Positions 47,223 to 58,552 of a stretch of 64,000 nucleotides of DNA are shown here, one piece after another (position 1 is the first letter of the stretch; every line of letters begins with the position of its first letter). The notes under the pieces were generated by a model. It ran no database searches, was not told where the DNA came from, and saw only the letters and a program-made list of their open reading frames with translations. Source of the stretch: Selaginella moellendorffii (Eukaryota; Plantae; Lycopodiophyta); assembly GCF_000143415.4 (NCBI RefSeq), contig NW_003314277.1, forward strand, positions 2,074,764 to 2,138,763, in the 5' to 3' direction. Made by a program: the position numbers and the translations under genes.

Positions 47223-49664
47223 TCATTCCAGATTCGCGAGCTTCACGCTTCCAGCCGAGGCTTTGTTTGCGGCTCGGTTGCTCCCAAAGTCGCGCCTGTT
47301 GGACTTTTTGGCAATGCCACTGCCAAACTGCATGGAAGTTGAATGAAAGCTTGAGCAAATCTCCAGAGAGAAAGAAAAAAACGAGAAGTGGATTCTAAAC
47401 CTGTATTGCACGCTTTGCAAGACTGGCGCTTTGAGAAAGTCCTAGTGACCTCGCAACCTGGGAAAAGCAACAAGTGAGGCTGGAAAGATTACTTTTTTCC
47501 TCCAAACCTGTCTCAGGATTTTCTTGTCGCCGATGCCGAGATCTTGTCTGAGATCCACAACTTCTTCCAGAGGGATATCCAGGAACGTTTGGATCACATT
47601 CTCGTCTAGAAATGGGAACCGAGCCTGGAAGAATGACTAGATTATCTCTTTGAGATTTTAAAAAGCTAGCGAACCTCCTTTCCATGATCTCCAATGCAGC
47701 GATCGTCTCGTCCCAGGTTTCGTTTCCACAGCCTCTGCATGTCCAGCCTCATCTCCGCTGCCAGCGCTTCCCATCTTGCAAGACAAAGAAGAAAACTTTC
47801 AGCTATGGATGGAAAACGAGACAATCACTCACCCTCCGAGCTTGAATTTTGTGCGGTACCGCAAGTAGCCACCACATTGCTCGTCTGCTCCTGCTCCAAC
47901 AAGCACGACTTTCGCTGCTGACTTGTAAGAAATGCGGACTTTGTTGTGATCTTCCACGGCTCCTTCTCCTCTGGCAGCAGACCAAAGAGCTGTTCCGATG
48001 TTTAGATCCTGCCAAGTTAAAGAAGTCGTCCAAGAGCGAAAAGAAAAATCGAAACTGGAGGTCTCTTTTTGCGTACCATGTACGTTTCTGAAGGACATAT
48101 AAGAGAAAACATTGTACTCTCGTTTGTGCCTATGTCTTCATCGACTTGAACAAGTCTCCACCTGCAACGCAATGCCGTGATTACTAGAAATCCAAAGAAG
48201 AAACTTACTTGCGTGAGGGCGAAATCCTTCGAAGTTCGTCAATGCCAGCGATCGCAGAAATTCTATCCGGTGCCGATGGACCATCAAAGCTAACATTTAG
48301 AAGGTCAATGGTATCTGTTAAGGGAAAAAAGTGAGCCTTTCCATGATTGTAAAGATAAAAACAACATACAAGCAGGATCCAGGCACTGATCAGTAAGCGC
48401 AGCCAAAATCATCGAATCGATCCCTCCGGAAAAGAGGATTGCCACAGGAGTCTCCACATCTTCTGGCCTGCTCTTTAACATGAATCGGAGTAAGAACCAA
48501 GAAAAACCAAGAGAAGAACTATACCTGTTTTACGTTCATTCTGCTGTTAACGAGACGCCTCTCCACAGATTCCTTCAATGCAGTCAGAGCGAGTTCGACA
48601 GCTGCCGAAGAAGAAAAAGAAGACGGTGATGAGTGAGCTCGGTCCCAAAGCATCAGCTTGTCTAGAAGTGGATCCTCCCATCTGTGAGTTCTTATCTCTC
48701 CCTTGCAAGTGAGAACTTCGCCATTGCTAAGTTGTAGACTGTGAATCCCACAGGGAAGTTCCTTCCAGAAAGTAAAAGGATCGTAGAACAGCTTCTCGTT
48801 GTCACAGGGAGCTACGGAGGATAGAAGAAACCGTGGATCGTCCACTGAAGGCCAATGCACGAGAAGACTTCTCCTTCCAAAGACATCACGTCCAAACCAT
48901 ATTGTCCGAGTGGAGGCCTATGATCACATCCAAGATAAAAACAACGTTTCCAGATTCACCTTTGAAGGCTAACTACGTACCTGGAAGTAGATTACGGCCC
49001 AGGGACCTCTTACTTGAGACAACGCTTGACAAACTCCAAAGCTCGAATCGCATCTTCCAAGCCTCTCCAGCAAAACTTCGGTGTCGTTCTGACTTGGAAG
49101 AACTTCCAAGCCTCCAAACACTTCACCTACAAGATTTCACGAAAGAGATGAAAGATTTTCTCTCAAAGGAAAGAGAAACAAATGAGAACTCACCATTGTA
49201 GACGAGGATGTTTCCATCGCTGTCCCGTAGAGGCTGACAAACTCGATGAGATCCCCTAAGTTGCAAAGTGGTGCCAACAAATTCCAAGGTCGCAAAAGCT
49301 TCCTGTGGAACGTAGATCTTTCCATCCTGCTCATCGACTCTTTCGTCCTGGATTTTGGAGCCAGTTTGATGCTGAGAAGAGCTCCAATCATCACCACAGT
49401 TCCCAGCTTCCCAAAACTCGCTAGAAATCTGTAAATCCCTCTCCAGCTGCTCGATCTTTCCTGTGCCAAGCCGGACAGTTCTTACGCCAAAACTATCGGG
49501 CCCTCGCCTTCGCAATGCGGCGAGTAAATCCTCCAGACAAGGCGTCTCCTGAGAGAAAAAATATCAAGATACCATCACAGTCAGCGCTTATATACCTTTG
49601 ATCGAGAAGCCGAGATCCCGCAGCTAAATTCCACTCCAGTGACAATCAGTCCGATGCCACACAT
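47223..49664 (-). CDS. ASNSD1: Asparagine synthetase domain-containing protein 1
   Basis: Ntn-type start MCGIGLIV, then RRRGPDS, LVYNGE, FSGGIDSMILAAL, LVGAGADEQCGGY, RNLGRDDR and KRAIQFGSGIAK, over multiple short introns. Confidence 0.9.
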
Positions 49665-50054
49665 GGCTAGAACCCTAATTTTAAGTATTTAAATATTAAA
49701 AGTCCTAAGTAAATTTATTTTTTTCAAAATATTAATTTTCATTTGAGAGCTTATTTTACTACATAATTTGGGTTTTCTAATAGTAATGTTATTCTTATTT
49801 ATTAATCTAATTAATCAAATGGAAGCTTATAATTTATGAACACAAGATTATAGTAGAATAAACTAGAATGTTTATAAATTATAAATGCAAGATTAATCTC
49901 AATGAATAACAACTGTTAGATGGTAGAATATTCAATATATTCTTGGTATATTACCAAAAATTTCAAATATGATTGTTTATTTATATATTGATAAATTTTA
50001 AAATATCAAATTAATATTCAGAAAAAATTATATAAACATTCAAATATCCAATAC

Positions 50055-50666
50055 TCAAGCGCAGATCAGTGCCTTTAGCGCAAGAACATTGGAGAGACCA
50101 ATATGAAACTTTGCTACGAGTTCTTCATCCGAGATCTTCACACTTGCTACTAGTGAAAGAATTTCAGTGTCTCGCTCTTCCATCTTCTCCTTGAGCTGTG
50201 CTATAGCATCTGTGATATCTGCAACAGTAGTGCCCAAGTTATCTTTATCCGCCAACCATTTCTCCGATGACTTCAACGTTAATGCCCTCTCGAGCTTGGC
50301 CATCCTTTGGGCCATATCATCCAATGCTTCGTCAATCTCCATTTTGGTATCTGCTATGGTGTCTACCACGTTCATTTGGGCATCATTCAAGCTATACTTG
50401 ATCTGGTCCTTCTCTGTGCGTAGGGATTGCTCTATGGCCGCCAACCTTCTCTCCAGGTTCAAGTCTTTTGCCATTAGTGATTCCTCCATGGCCGTCATCC
50501 TATCCTCTAGAGGCCTGAGGCTTCGTAGGATCTCCCTTTGGTGTTTTTGCAACTTGCCCGTCATGAAATCATCGAGATGCTTCACGCTTTCCCACACCAA
50601 ATCCTCCTTGAAGCTCTCGAGCTGGGATTCCACGAAGCGAGCAAACTGCGTTCCAAAGAATTCCAT
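50055..50666 (-). CDS. Hypothetical coiled-coil protein
   Basis: Open frame of about 200 aa with heptad-like E/K/L/M pattern. ATG at 50666, with a probable short 5'-UTR intron just upstream. Confidence 0.55.
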   Translation of the reverse strand: MEFFGTQFARFVESQLESFKEDLVWESVKHLDDFMTGKLQKHQREILRSLRPLEDRMTAMEESLMAKDLNLERRLAAIEQSLRTEKDQIKYSLNDAQMNVVDTIADTKMEIDEALDDMAQRMAKLERALTLKSSEKWLADKDNLGTTVADITDAIAQLKEKMEERDTEILSLVASVKISDEELVAKFHIGLSNVLALKALICA

Positions 50667-50783
50667 GGCCGAAGTCAAACCTAAAACCAAGCGCTATGAA
50701 AAGCTTGCGCCCAGAAAAGACGTACCTGATTCCATGCGGAATTTTAGGGCTTTTGAAGTTGGTGGCCCTAAAATTGGAGATTT

Positions 50784-53700
50784 TTAAACTCGAGCTTTGG
50801 CGCCCATCACAGCCGTCCACGTCACCTCGTCCGGGTAGCAAGGCATCGCATCCACCGTCGAGACGGCATCTTCCACGCGATCCGCGCGGGCCAGCAGATC
50901 CACCATACACGTGTAGTGCTGGACGGTCGGATGCACGCCAAACTTGGGCGCCATGGATTCCAAGCACTTCCTTCCCTCCTCGACCAGCCCACAGTGGCTA
51001 CACATCGTGAGCACCGACACAAACGTGATCGCGCTCGGTCTCACCCCCTCCTCGCGCATCCTCCCAAACGCCTCCGTCGCCTTCCCGGAATCGCCCAATC
51101 GCCCATAGCCCGCGATCAAGCAATTCCACGCCACAACATCCCTCCAATCCGCGATCGAATCAAACACCCGCTGCGCGCAATCCATCGCACCACACTTTGC
51201 ATAGAAATCCAGCAGCGAATTCGCCAAGATCGGGCACTTCGCAGCCTCCTCTCTCCTGTGAATCTCGCCATGGACGCTCCTCCCGGCCTCCCGGGCCACT
51301 GCCTGGCCACACGCCACCAGTACGGCGGCCATGGCCCAAGTATCGGGTTGCGTACGGCACCGCATCCGAGCAAACGTCTCGAGCGCCATCTCGGGCTGCC
51401 CGTTGTCCGAGTAGCCGAGCATGAGGACCGTCCACGCCGCCACGTCCGGGCGATCGATCGCCTCAAACGCTTCGCAAGCTTCGATCATGCTGCCACACTT
51501 GGAGTAGAAGGCGATGAGCGCGTTGGCAGCGAAGCCATCGTTCTCCAGCTCCACGCCGGAGCTTCGAGCTCGAGAGTGGAGAGCTCGGCCTCTCTCCAGC
51601 GAGACTACTTTCACGGCATTGCCATCGATCGTTTCTCCAGCTTCCGTGGATGCCAGAGCCGAGAGTGCCGAGAGCACAGCCACGAAAGCCCGAGCATCCG
51701 GCTCGCAGCTCTTCTCGGCGACCATCTTCTCAAACAGCTCCAGAGCCACCTCGGGCTGGCCGTTGTCCGCGTAGCCGGATATCAAGCTCGTCCATGACAC
51801 CGAGCTCTTGGCGGCCATCCTGTCGAAGACTTTCCTCGAGTCTGCCATGCTCCCACACTTTGCGTACATGTCGACCAGCCTGTTGCTCACGAAGATGTCC
51901 GAGGAGACGCCAATGTTCACGGCCTGGGAGTGTATCGCCATGCCTTTCTCCAGGCTCTTCACCTTGAGCCCGGCTTCTTCTCCAGTTTCTCTCGAGGCCA
52001 AGGCGCAGCAAGCCGAGAGAGCTGCGACGAAAGTCCGAGAGTCCGGCGACTCCACCCGCGCGAAGAGTTCCAGAGCAACCTCGGCGTCACCATTGTCGAC
52101 GTAGCCGGATATCAACGCGTTCCAGGAGACTAGATCCGGCTTCTCATCACCAGAGCTCTTGATCCTGTCGAAGACTTGGCGAGCCTCGAACAAGCTCCCA
52201 CACTTGGAGTACATGGTGATCAAGCTGTTCACCACGAACACGTCCGAGACGTAGCCTCTCCTCACCACCTGCGAGTGTATCTCCCGTCCCATCTCCAAGC
52301 AAAAGCTCGTTCCTATGCCGAGCTTTCGGTCCTCGGTACCTAAGTTCCCGCAGGCCACAAGCCCGGCTACGTAAGTCCGTGCATTGGGCTCGCAAGTTCC
52401 ACACTCCTCCATCTTGGACAGCGTCTCTAAGGCCATCCTGCTCTGTCCGTTCGCAGTGAATCCCAGGATCAAAGACGTCCACGAGACAACGTCCGGTTGA
52501 GTCATCCCGTGAAACACCGCGCAAGCGTCTTGCATGCTTCCACACTTGGCGTACATGTCGATCAAAGTATTCGCGACGAAGACGTCGCGACTGAATCCCT
52601 GCTTGGAAGCTTGAGAGTGGAGACTCATCCCGGCTTCCAGACTGCTCAGCTTCACGATGCTTCCACCGGTTATCTTCCTGCCCTGCTCTCTCGAAGCCAA
52701 GACAGAACAGGCCAGCAACGCAGCGACGTAGCTTCGAGCGTTTGGAGGATCGGGGCTCTCGTTTTTCATCAGCTGGAAGACGTCGAGTGCCTGCTCTGGC
52801 TCGCCATTCTCGACGTATCCCATCATGAGCGAAGTCCACGACACTACACTCCGGCGAGTCATCCCATCGAAAACTTGGCGAGCTCTGGCTATGGCTCCAC
52901 ACTTTGCGTACATGTCCACCGCGCAGTTGGCCAGGAACAAGTCGGAGCCGAATCCACGCTTTATGGCTTCCGAGTGAAACCGCGATCCTTTCGCAAGACT
53001 CTCCACTTTGACAAGCCTTCCTTCGACCAGCTTTGCTGTTTCCTTTGCTGCTAAGCCCGCGCAGGCAGCGAGTCCAGCGACGAAAGTTCGAGCATTTGGT
53101 CGGCAAGGTGATGAACCGGTGGTCATCAACTCGAAGAGCTTGAGAGCGTCGTCGGCCTGTGCATTCGAAACGTATCCCATGATCAAGCCGGTCCACAGTA
53201 CGACGTCACGGCGAGCTGGAGCGATCTTGTCGAAAACCTTGCGAGCATCCTCCATGCTCCCACAGCTCGAGTACATATCCACCAGCGCGCTTGCTACGAA
53301 AACCTCGGACTCAAATCCAGCCTTTTCAACTTGCGAGTGAAGCGACACTCCAATCCTGAGTGAAGAAACCTTGGTGATCGATCCACCACCATTGCCATCT
53401 TCTTGTTTCGCTGCTCTTTGCGAGCATGCCATCAAAGCCGCGATGAAAGTCCGAGAATCCGGTGTGGTTTCTCGAGACGTCTGGATTTGCGAGAAGAGAT
53501 CGAGAGCAAAGTCTTCTCTGCCATGTAAGACGTAGCCTTGGATCAAGGCATTCCACGACACCACGTCATGGAAAGCCATGCTGTCGAAGATCATCTGTGC
53601 CTGTTCTAAGCTCCCACACTTCGCAAACATGTCCACAGCCGCGGTGGCCACGAACAAATCCGAGCAAAAGACTTTGTGCCGCCTGTAAATCTTCTCGCCG

Positions 53701-53870
53701 GCTTCCAAATCCCTGCCGCTGCTACACGCCTTGAGGGCTTTGAGCACCACAAGCAATGCCTGAGACGAATCTCCAACTTGGTCGCCATCGAACTCTACGA
53801 GACAATGCCGCTGATGTTCTAGATTTCTCGCCAGGCGCAATCCCAGGGCGCGGCATCTTGCTGCTCTCAT
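50784..53870 (-). CDS. PLS-class PPR protein with inserted L-motif loops and truncated E domain
   Basis: Intronless 1028-aa ORF with repeated DVFVANxLVDMYAKCGS..ARxVFDxM...VVSWTxLIxGY units, LTMCSHCGLVEEG and HYTCMVDLLARA. It ends at WTAVMGAKARV*. Confidence 0.93.
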   Translation of the reverse strand: MRAARCRALGLRLARNLEHQRHCLVEFDGDQVGDSSQALLVVLKALKACSSGRDLEAGEKIYRRHKVFCSDLFVATAAVDMFAKCGSLEQAQMIFDSMAFHDVVSWNALIQGYVLHGREDFALDLFSQIQTSRETTPDSRTFIAALMACSQRAAKQEDGNGGGSITKVSSLRIGVSLHSQVEKAGFESEVFVASALVDMYSSCGSMEDARKVFDKIAPARRDVVLWTGLIMGYVSNAQADDALKLFELMTTGSSPCRPNARTFVAGLAACAGLAAKETAKLVEGRLVKVESLAKGSRFHSEAIKRGFGSDLFLANCAVDMYAKCGAIARARQVFDGMTRRSVVSWTSLMMGYVENGEPEQALDVFQLMKNESPDPPNARSYVAALLACSVLASREQGRKITGGSIVKLSSLEAGMSLHSQASKQGFSRDVFVANTLIDMYAKCGSMQDACAVFHGMTQPDVVSWTSLILGFTANGQSRMALETLSKMEECGTCEPNARTYVAGLVACGNLGTEDRKLGIGTSFCLEMGREIHSQVVRRGYVSDVFVVNSLITMYSKCGSLFEARQVFDRIKSSGDEKPDLVSWNALISGYVDNGDAEVALELFARVESPDSRTFVAALSACCALASRETGEEAGLKVKSLEKGMAIHSQAVNIGVSSDIFVSNRLVDMYAKCGSMADSRKVFDRMAAKSSVSWTSLISGYADNGQPEVALELFEKMVAEKSCEPDARAFVAVLSALSALASTEAGETIDGNAVKVVSLERGRALHSRARSSGVELENDGFAANALIAFYSKCGSMIEACEAFEAIDRPDVAAWTVLMLGYSDNGQPEMALETFARMRCRTQPDTWAMAAVLVACGQAVAREAGRSVHGEIHRREEAAKCPILANSLLDFYAKCGAMDCAQRVFDSIADWRDVVAWNCLIAGYGRLGDSGKATEAFGRMREEGVRPSAITFVSVLTMCSHCGLVEEGRKCLESMAPKFGVHPTVQHYTCMVDLLARADRVEDAVSTVDAMPCYPDEVTWTAVMGAKARV

Positions 53871-56486
53871 GAAACGTTTCTAGCGATCGATCGATCCATC
53901 CATCAAACGTTGCTAAAGCGCGGCGCTACCTCGATCGATCAGAATACACTAACTCCCTACTGCTTCACAATGCCGAAGAGAATGCTGCTGCAAGACGATT
54001 ACTCTGCCCATCCAAAACCCTAGAATCTTCTCGTTTAGCCCTTTGCCCCCCATTTCACGGTTGTGATTTTCTTCTAAACCAAAGGATATCAATTTTGATG
54101 CTCATGTACTTAAAACTCACATTAGTATTAGAAAGACAGGTTTTTATGGAACCATGATACAATTATTGCTGCCCATGCTGATTCAACCATTGGTTACGAG
54201 GTAAGGCTTGTAAAGTAGCTTCGTTTTTAGAAAAAAAAATCAAAAACCTGTAAGCCCCCTTTATAATATGAAAAGCACACATTACTATGTTATGGGAAAC
54301 AAAGACCAGAATCAACATTTTCTATGGACAGTAATTCCTCCCGGAATCTGCTAGTTGCTCCCGGAATCCAGCAATCAAGGCCTCGCATAGAAATTACAAT
54401 ATAATAGTTGAATATGGGAGCTTGCAAGCATAATCCCAAACTCTAGCTAGTTGGCAAAACTCTCTCTAGATTTCTCAGCAGAGCTGTGTGATAGAGTAGA
54501 CATTCCTCCAACTTGGCAAGGTTTCTTGGAGTCTGACTTATGTGCACGCTTAGAGCAAGAGCAAGAACATCACTTGCATTGTCATTGCCTTAACACTCCA
54601 TCCTGCATCTAACACTGCATGGAAACTTGGAGAACTTCATAAGCATATGCCAAGCCCCTTCACCCTTTTTGAATGTTCCTGTTGAGTTATTTTGACCATG
54701 GTGTACAGGTATGACTTCCTCACTTTCTCACAATGTGCCAGGAAGAAAAATGATTCATTTAATCTAAACTGAGGAAGATTATGGCAGCATTATATAATTA
54801 TAGTAGTATAGCATATGAATTGTGTATCTAAACCTCAATTAATATATTTATTCCCATATCTTGAATATTTATATTGGGAAGGTGAGGGGCATTGCAATTA
54901 AAAGACAAGCTTTTTGGTATGTTTTACTCTAGTGTTCAAGATTGTGCTTTTAATTTTTAATTCTATATGTTATAAGTTTTTGCCTAATATAGAATTCTAG
55001 CTATTACTGTGTTTAGATTTACTCTTCCTTTTTTATCTTTATTACATTCTCTTTTCTGCCATGCTATGCTATCATCAATTGAGGAGTGTGTCATTTAAGA
55101 TTATAAATTATGCATCATATTATCACTTAGCAATGTTGTTTTTGTTGTTGTATCCTCTTCAAACCAAGCTTCTAATGTTATAAGGTGTGATTATGTTGGT
55201 GTTGCTCCAATCTTTAGTATTTTGTTATCTCTAGCTTCTTTGGGACATAATTAAGTGTCTCTTATTCTTGGCATTTTGCTACCTACTGTTATAGGAAAAG
55301 TTGTTGCCTACACGATATCCTTCTTTGGGGTATTTATCACACTAGATGCATCCTCAAGAATTCTCAATATGTAAGTATTTAGATTGGCTCTATATTTTGA
55401 TAGCAAATCTAACTAGGTGTTTCCTTCACACTCAGATGTGCTTGAGTATTTTCTACAATAGCTAGTTGACACCAAGTGCTTAGTTTCTCTTAGCAAGCTT
55501 CTATAGAGAATTTTTGGTTTCTCATAATGACTTAAGCATTTGCCAAGCATCAAACTAGCCCTTCAACTCTTATATAAGGTCTCCCATACTTAATGTGGTA
55601 TAAAAAATCAACGAAAATGACTTGATAAATAAATATAAATGGAAAAGGCCCATGAATAAAAATACATCCTATTTTTCAATTAGTTAAAAGTTTTGGGGTT
55701 AAATGTTTTGGGTTTGAGTAGTATTGGGCTGAGTGACAAATTCAAGAGTTTACATCTTGAGTCATAAACTTGAAATCTTACTCATATCCCAAATTATTTA
55801 TAGCAAATATTGCAATTGGAGGATATGATGTTTAAAAAGGCCTTCTTGACTCTGATTGTATAACAAATGTGATTTCTTTTCCATTGGTGGAGGTTTTATA
55901 AATTTTTCCTTCAAACACAACCATGCTATTAAAACCTTTATAAACTATATAGTGGTGTCTATGGGATTTTGTTGAGATATTTTGATCCAAAATGATGTCA
56001 TTTCAGTGCATGTGGACTTCATTGCAGTTGACTTCTAAGCACTATGATATGCTCCAATTGTTGACTCTATCATCCTTTGCCGACCATGGTTTGTAGCAAC
56101 AAATTGTCAAATTGATTGAAGATGTGGTATGATGACAAATAGTAATGAGACAAATGAGGCCAATCTTTTCAACTCTTTTAGACCCACATAGCAATAGAAG
56201 CATATGTCTATAATTGCAACTGGTCCACAAGCCAAGGCCAATCAAATGCTAAAAAAGTTCTCTCTTGAGATTATTCAAGACTTCACTCTTCTAGTTGTCC
56301 ATTTCCTTCAATGCAAATAGGACTTTTCTCAAGTGTTCAGATCTATATTTATATTTATATTTTATTGGTTGAATTTACTTGGAAATAAAGATTAAATCAA
56401 ATTTGAAAGATAAAAAAATGTCATTTTAAGATAAAACAATGTTTTTCTTGTGTTTGAAAAGTCGTGAGCTCAGCTCGTGAAGACAA

Positions 56487-56540
56487 GAGCCCAGGTAGGT
56501 TTGAAAAATGAGCTCGTGAGCTCAAAACCTGCCTGGGCTC
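56487..56540. repeat. Short inverted repeat / hairpin with GAGCTC subrepeats (possible DNA transposon terminus or mini-MITE)
   Basis: gagcccaggtaggtttga ... tcaaaacctgcctgggctc, with nearby repeated agctcgtga units. Confidence 0.55.
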
Positions 56541-57153
56541 CTATCATTAAAAAAGATCCTAAGATCAACCATCACATCCACTAGACAAATTTTACAATTG
56601 TGAAGCTTGAGAAGAGTTTTTAGATTGCTTTTATGGTTTAGTTCCTGCATAAAAATGTAATAGATATGCTTGCAGGAAATATACTTTTTCTTTGTCCTGC
56701 CCCTTTATGTAAAATCTGAAAAGCTATAGGATGGATTTTTGCAGATTTTGATAGTGTAAACTCGTACTTTTTGACGATTTAGTCACAATAACAAACTCCT
56801 TAGCCACAATATTAATGTAATTTATCTTTGTGATTGTGCACCTCAACTTTTTTCCTAGTTTGATCTTTTCTTGTGTACCTTTCGAAATGGAAGACCTATA
56901 TTGTATAGCCTTTCCATTTTTAGTTGATCATATATGCTAGTCTAGTGTTGACATTGGTGGTATAATAGTATTAACAACAACATTTAAGGAAGTCTTCAGC
57001 TTAAAATTTGCTTTCTCTAGACTTTCAATCTCTTTTTTCAAAAGATTGCAACTTCACTTAATTAACCACTCCTCTAGCTTTAAAATAATTGAGTTGTGGA
57101 TCTAGTTTGTATGAGTAACATCAATCCCACAACATCAAATCTAGCTTAACTGA

Positions 57154-58150
57154 TGTCGGGGGAAGGAGGGGCATCTCCCCCAACATTTGCTCAAATACAA
57201 GAAATGCTTCAATACTCTCCACAAAATGCCCCCTTTTGCCCTTGTGGGGCAAGGGTTTTATACAAGGAAGATGGGGAATATTCCAAAGACTAGACTATTC
57301 CTTCTCTTTCTCTCACTCTCTTGGTGGCCACACCCTAACATGCGACCACGGTGGATCGCACTGGCTCCAAACACGCGAGAACCCGCTGAAGAGTGTAGAG
57401 TGTACCTCTGCTACTGATGCGAAGTGCTGGTAGCTGCGTGAAATAGTAGAAACTTTAGAAAACAAAGTGGAAAAAAAAAAAAAGAGGTAGGTGTGAAGTT
57501 TAGAGACAGGGAGGAAAACCCGGTGGGAAACCCTATAGTCAAATTGGACCCTGAAGTTGAAGAAAAAGTGCAGAAAAAGTGTGGAAAGGGGAGAAAAATA
57601 AAGGAAAAAAGAGTGAGTACCCAAAGAACTTAACTCGTACTTGGATTTTGACATAGGAAAGTGTAATATGCAAATGTAGCCTCATGATGACTTTAGGTAT
57701 GCTCTAAGGATTGGCCAAGATCGAGAAAGAAAGAGAGGTAGAAGAGGGGATGTGTTGCCCAAGGGTGGTAAGTGTAGAGATGATGAAAGATGGAGTGATA
57801 TGATGGAGTGTCGAGATGGTGGTGGCACTCTAAAAAAGTGGCCTCTCACTAAAGTGTTAAGCCAATGGTTTGATAACCGGTAACTAGTAACTTGTAACCA
57901 GTAACTGGGTACCTGTAACTAGTAACCACCTGCTCTCGCTCCTACTCCTATGCCTGCTCCAGCACCAATATGGTGGAGTGATATGGTGGAGCACCGAGAT
58001 GGTGGTGGCACTCTGAGAAGGTGGCCATCTCTGAAATAAGAGTAATTGAAGAAGGCAGTAGCTGAAAAGGACGGCGTGGTCGCTAGGTTGCCGGTAAAAG
58101 GAGGTGGCATGTGTCCACTGAGTGCTGGAGTAGAAGAAAGTGGCTTTGGC
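57154..58150. mobile_element. Older LTR-like / retroelement remnant that hosts the Gypsy insertion
   Basis: A TG...CA-bounded segment at 57154-57340 has a minus-strand TATA. Purine-rich sequence follows, with internal direct repeats (gagatggtggtggcactct x2; gtaac-rich repeats). No TSD found. Confidence 0.35.
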
Positions 58151-58537
58151 TGTCAAGACCCCCAACAAGATCAAGACTGGAAAATGCTAAAGACAAAGAG
58201 AAAAAGCTAGTGAAAACAAAGAAGAGGCCTTAGACTGGTGTTGATTCAGATTGTGGAGAAATGGAACAAGGCTAACCTATATATACTATAGGTTGATGAA
58301 GCTCCACCACTCTTGGATCGAGGACGGCCTAAATACAGCTGAGGTCGAGGAGGCGCCACATCATCATCAGGAATGTGGCTCGAGACTCAGGAATCGGGAA
58401 GTGTCTCGAGAGTCAGGAATAGGGAAGTGTCTCGAGAGTCAGGAATAGGGAAGTGTCTCGAGAGTCAGGAATGTGGTCTGCAGGTCAGGAATCCGGCGAG
58501 AGTCAGGAATGTGGCAAGAATTGGGGGATTCCTGACA
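58151..58537 (-). repeat. 3' LTR (387 bp)
   Basis: tgtcaagacc...ttcctgaca. Contains a 26-bp tandem repeat array. Confidence 0.96.
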
Positions 58538-58552
58538 GCACCCCCTCCTCAA
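58538..58552 (-). other. Polypurine tract
   Basis: Minus strand TTGAGGAGGGGGTGC immediately before the 3' LTR. Confidence 0.85.

Noticed and set aside
50916-53340. Alternative-frame and antisense ORFs of 185-349 aa within the second PPR
   Set aside because: Expected from high GC3 and repeat structure, with no domain evidence.
54100-56400. Possible decayed transposase or gene in AT-rich DNA
   Set aside because: No translatable motif could be recognised by eye, so it is left unannotated.
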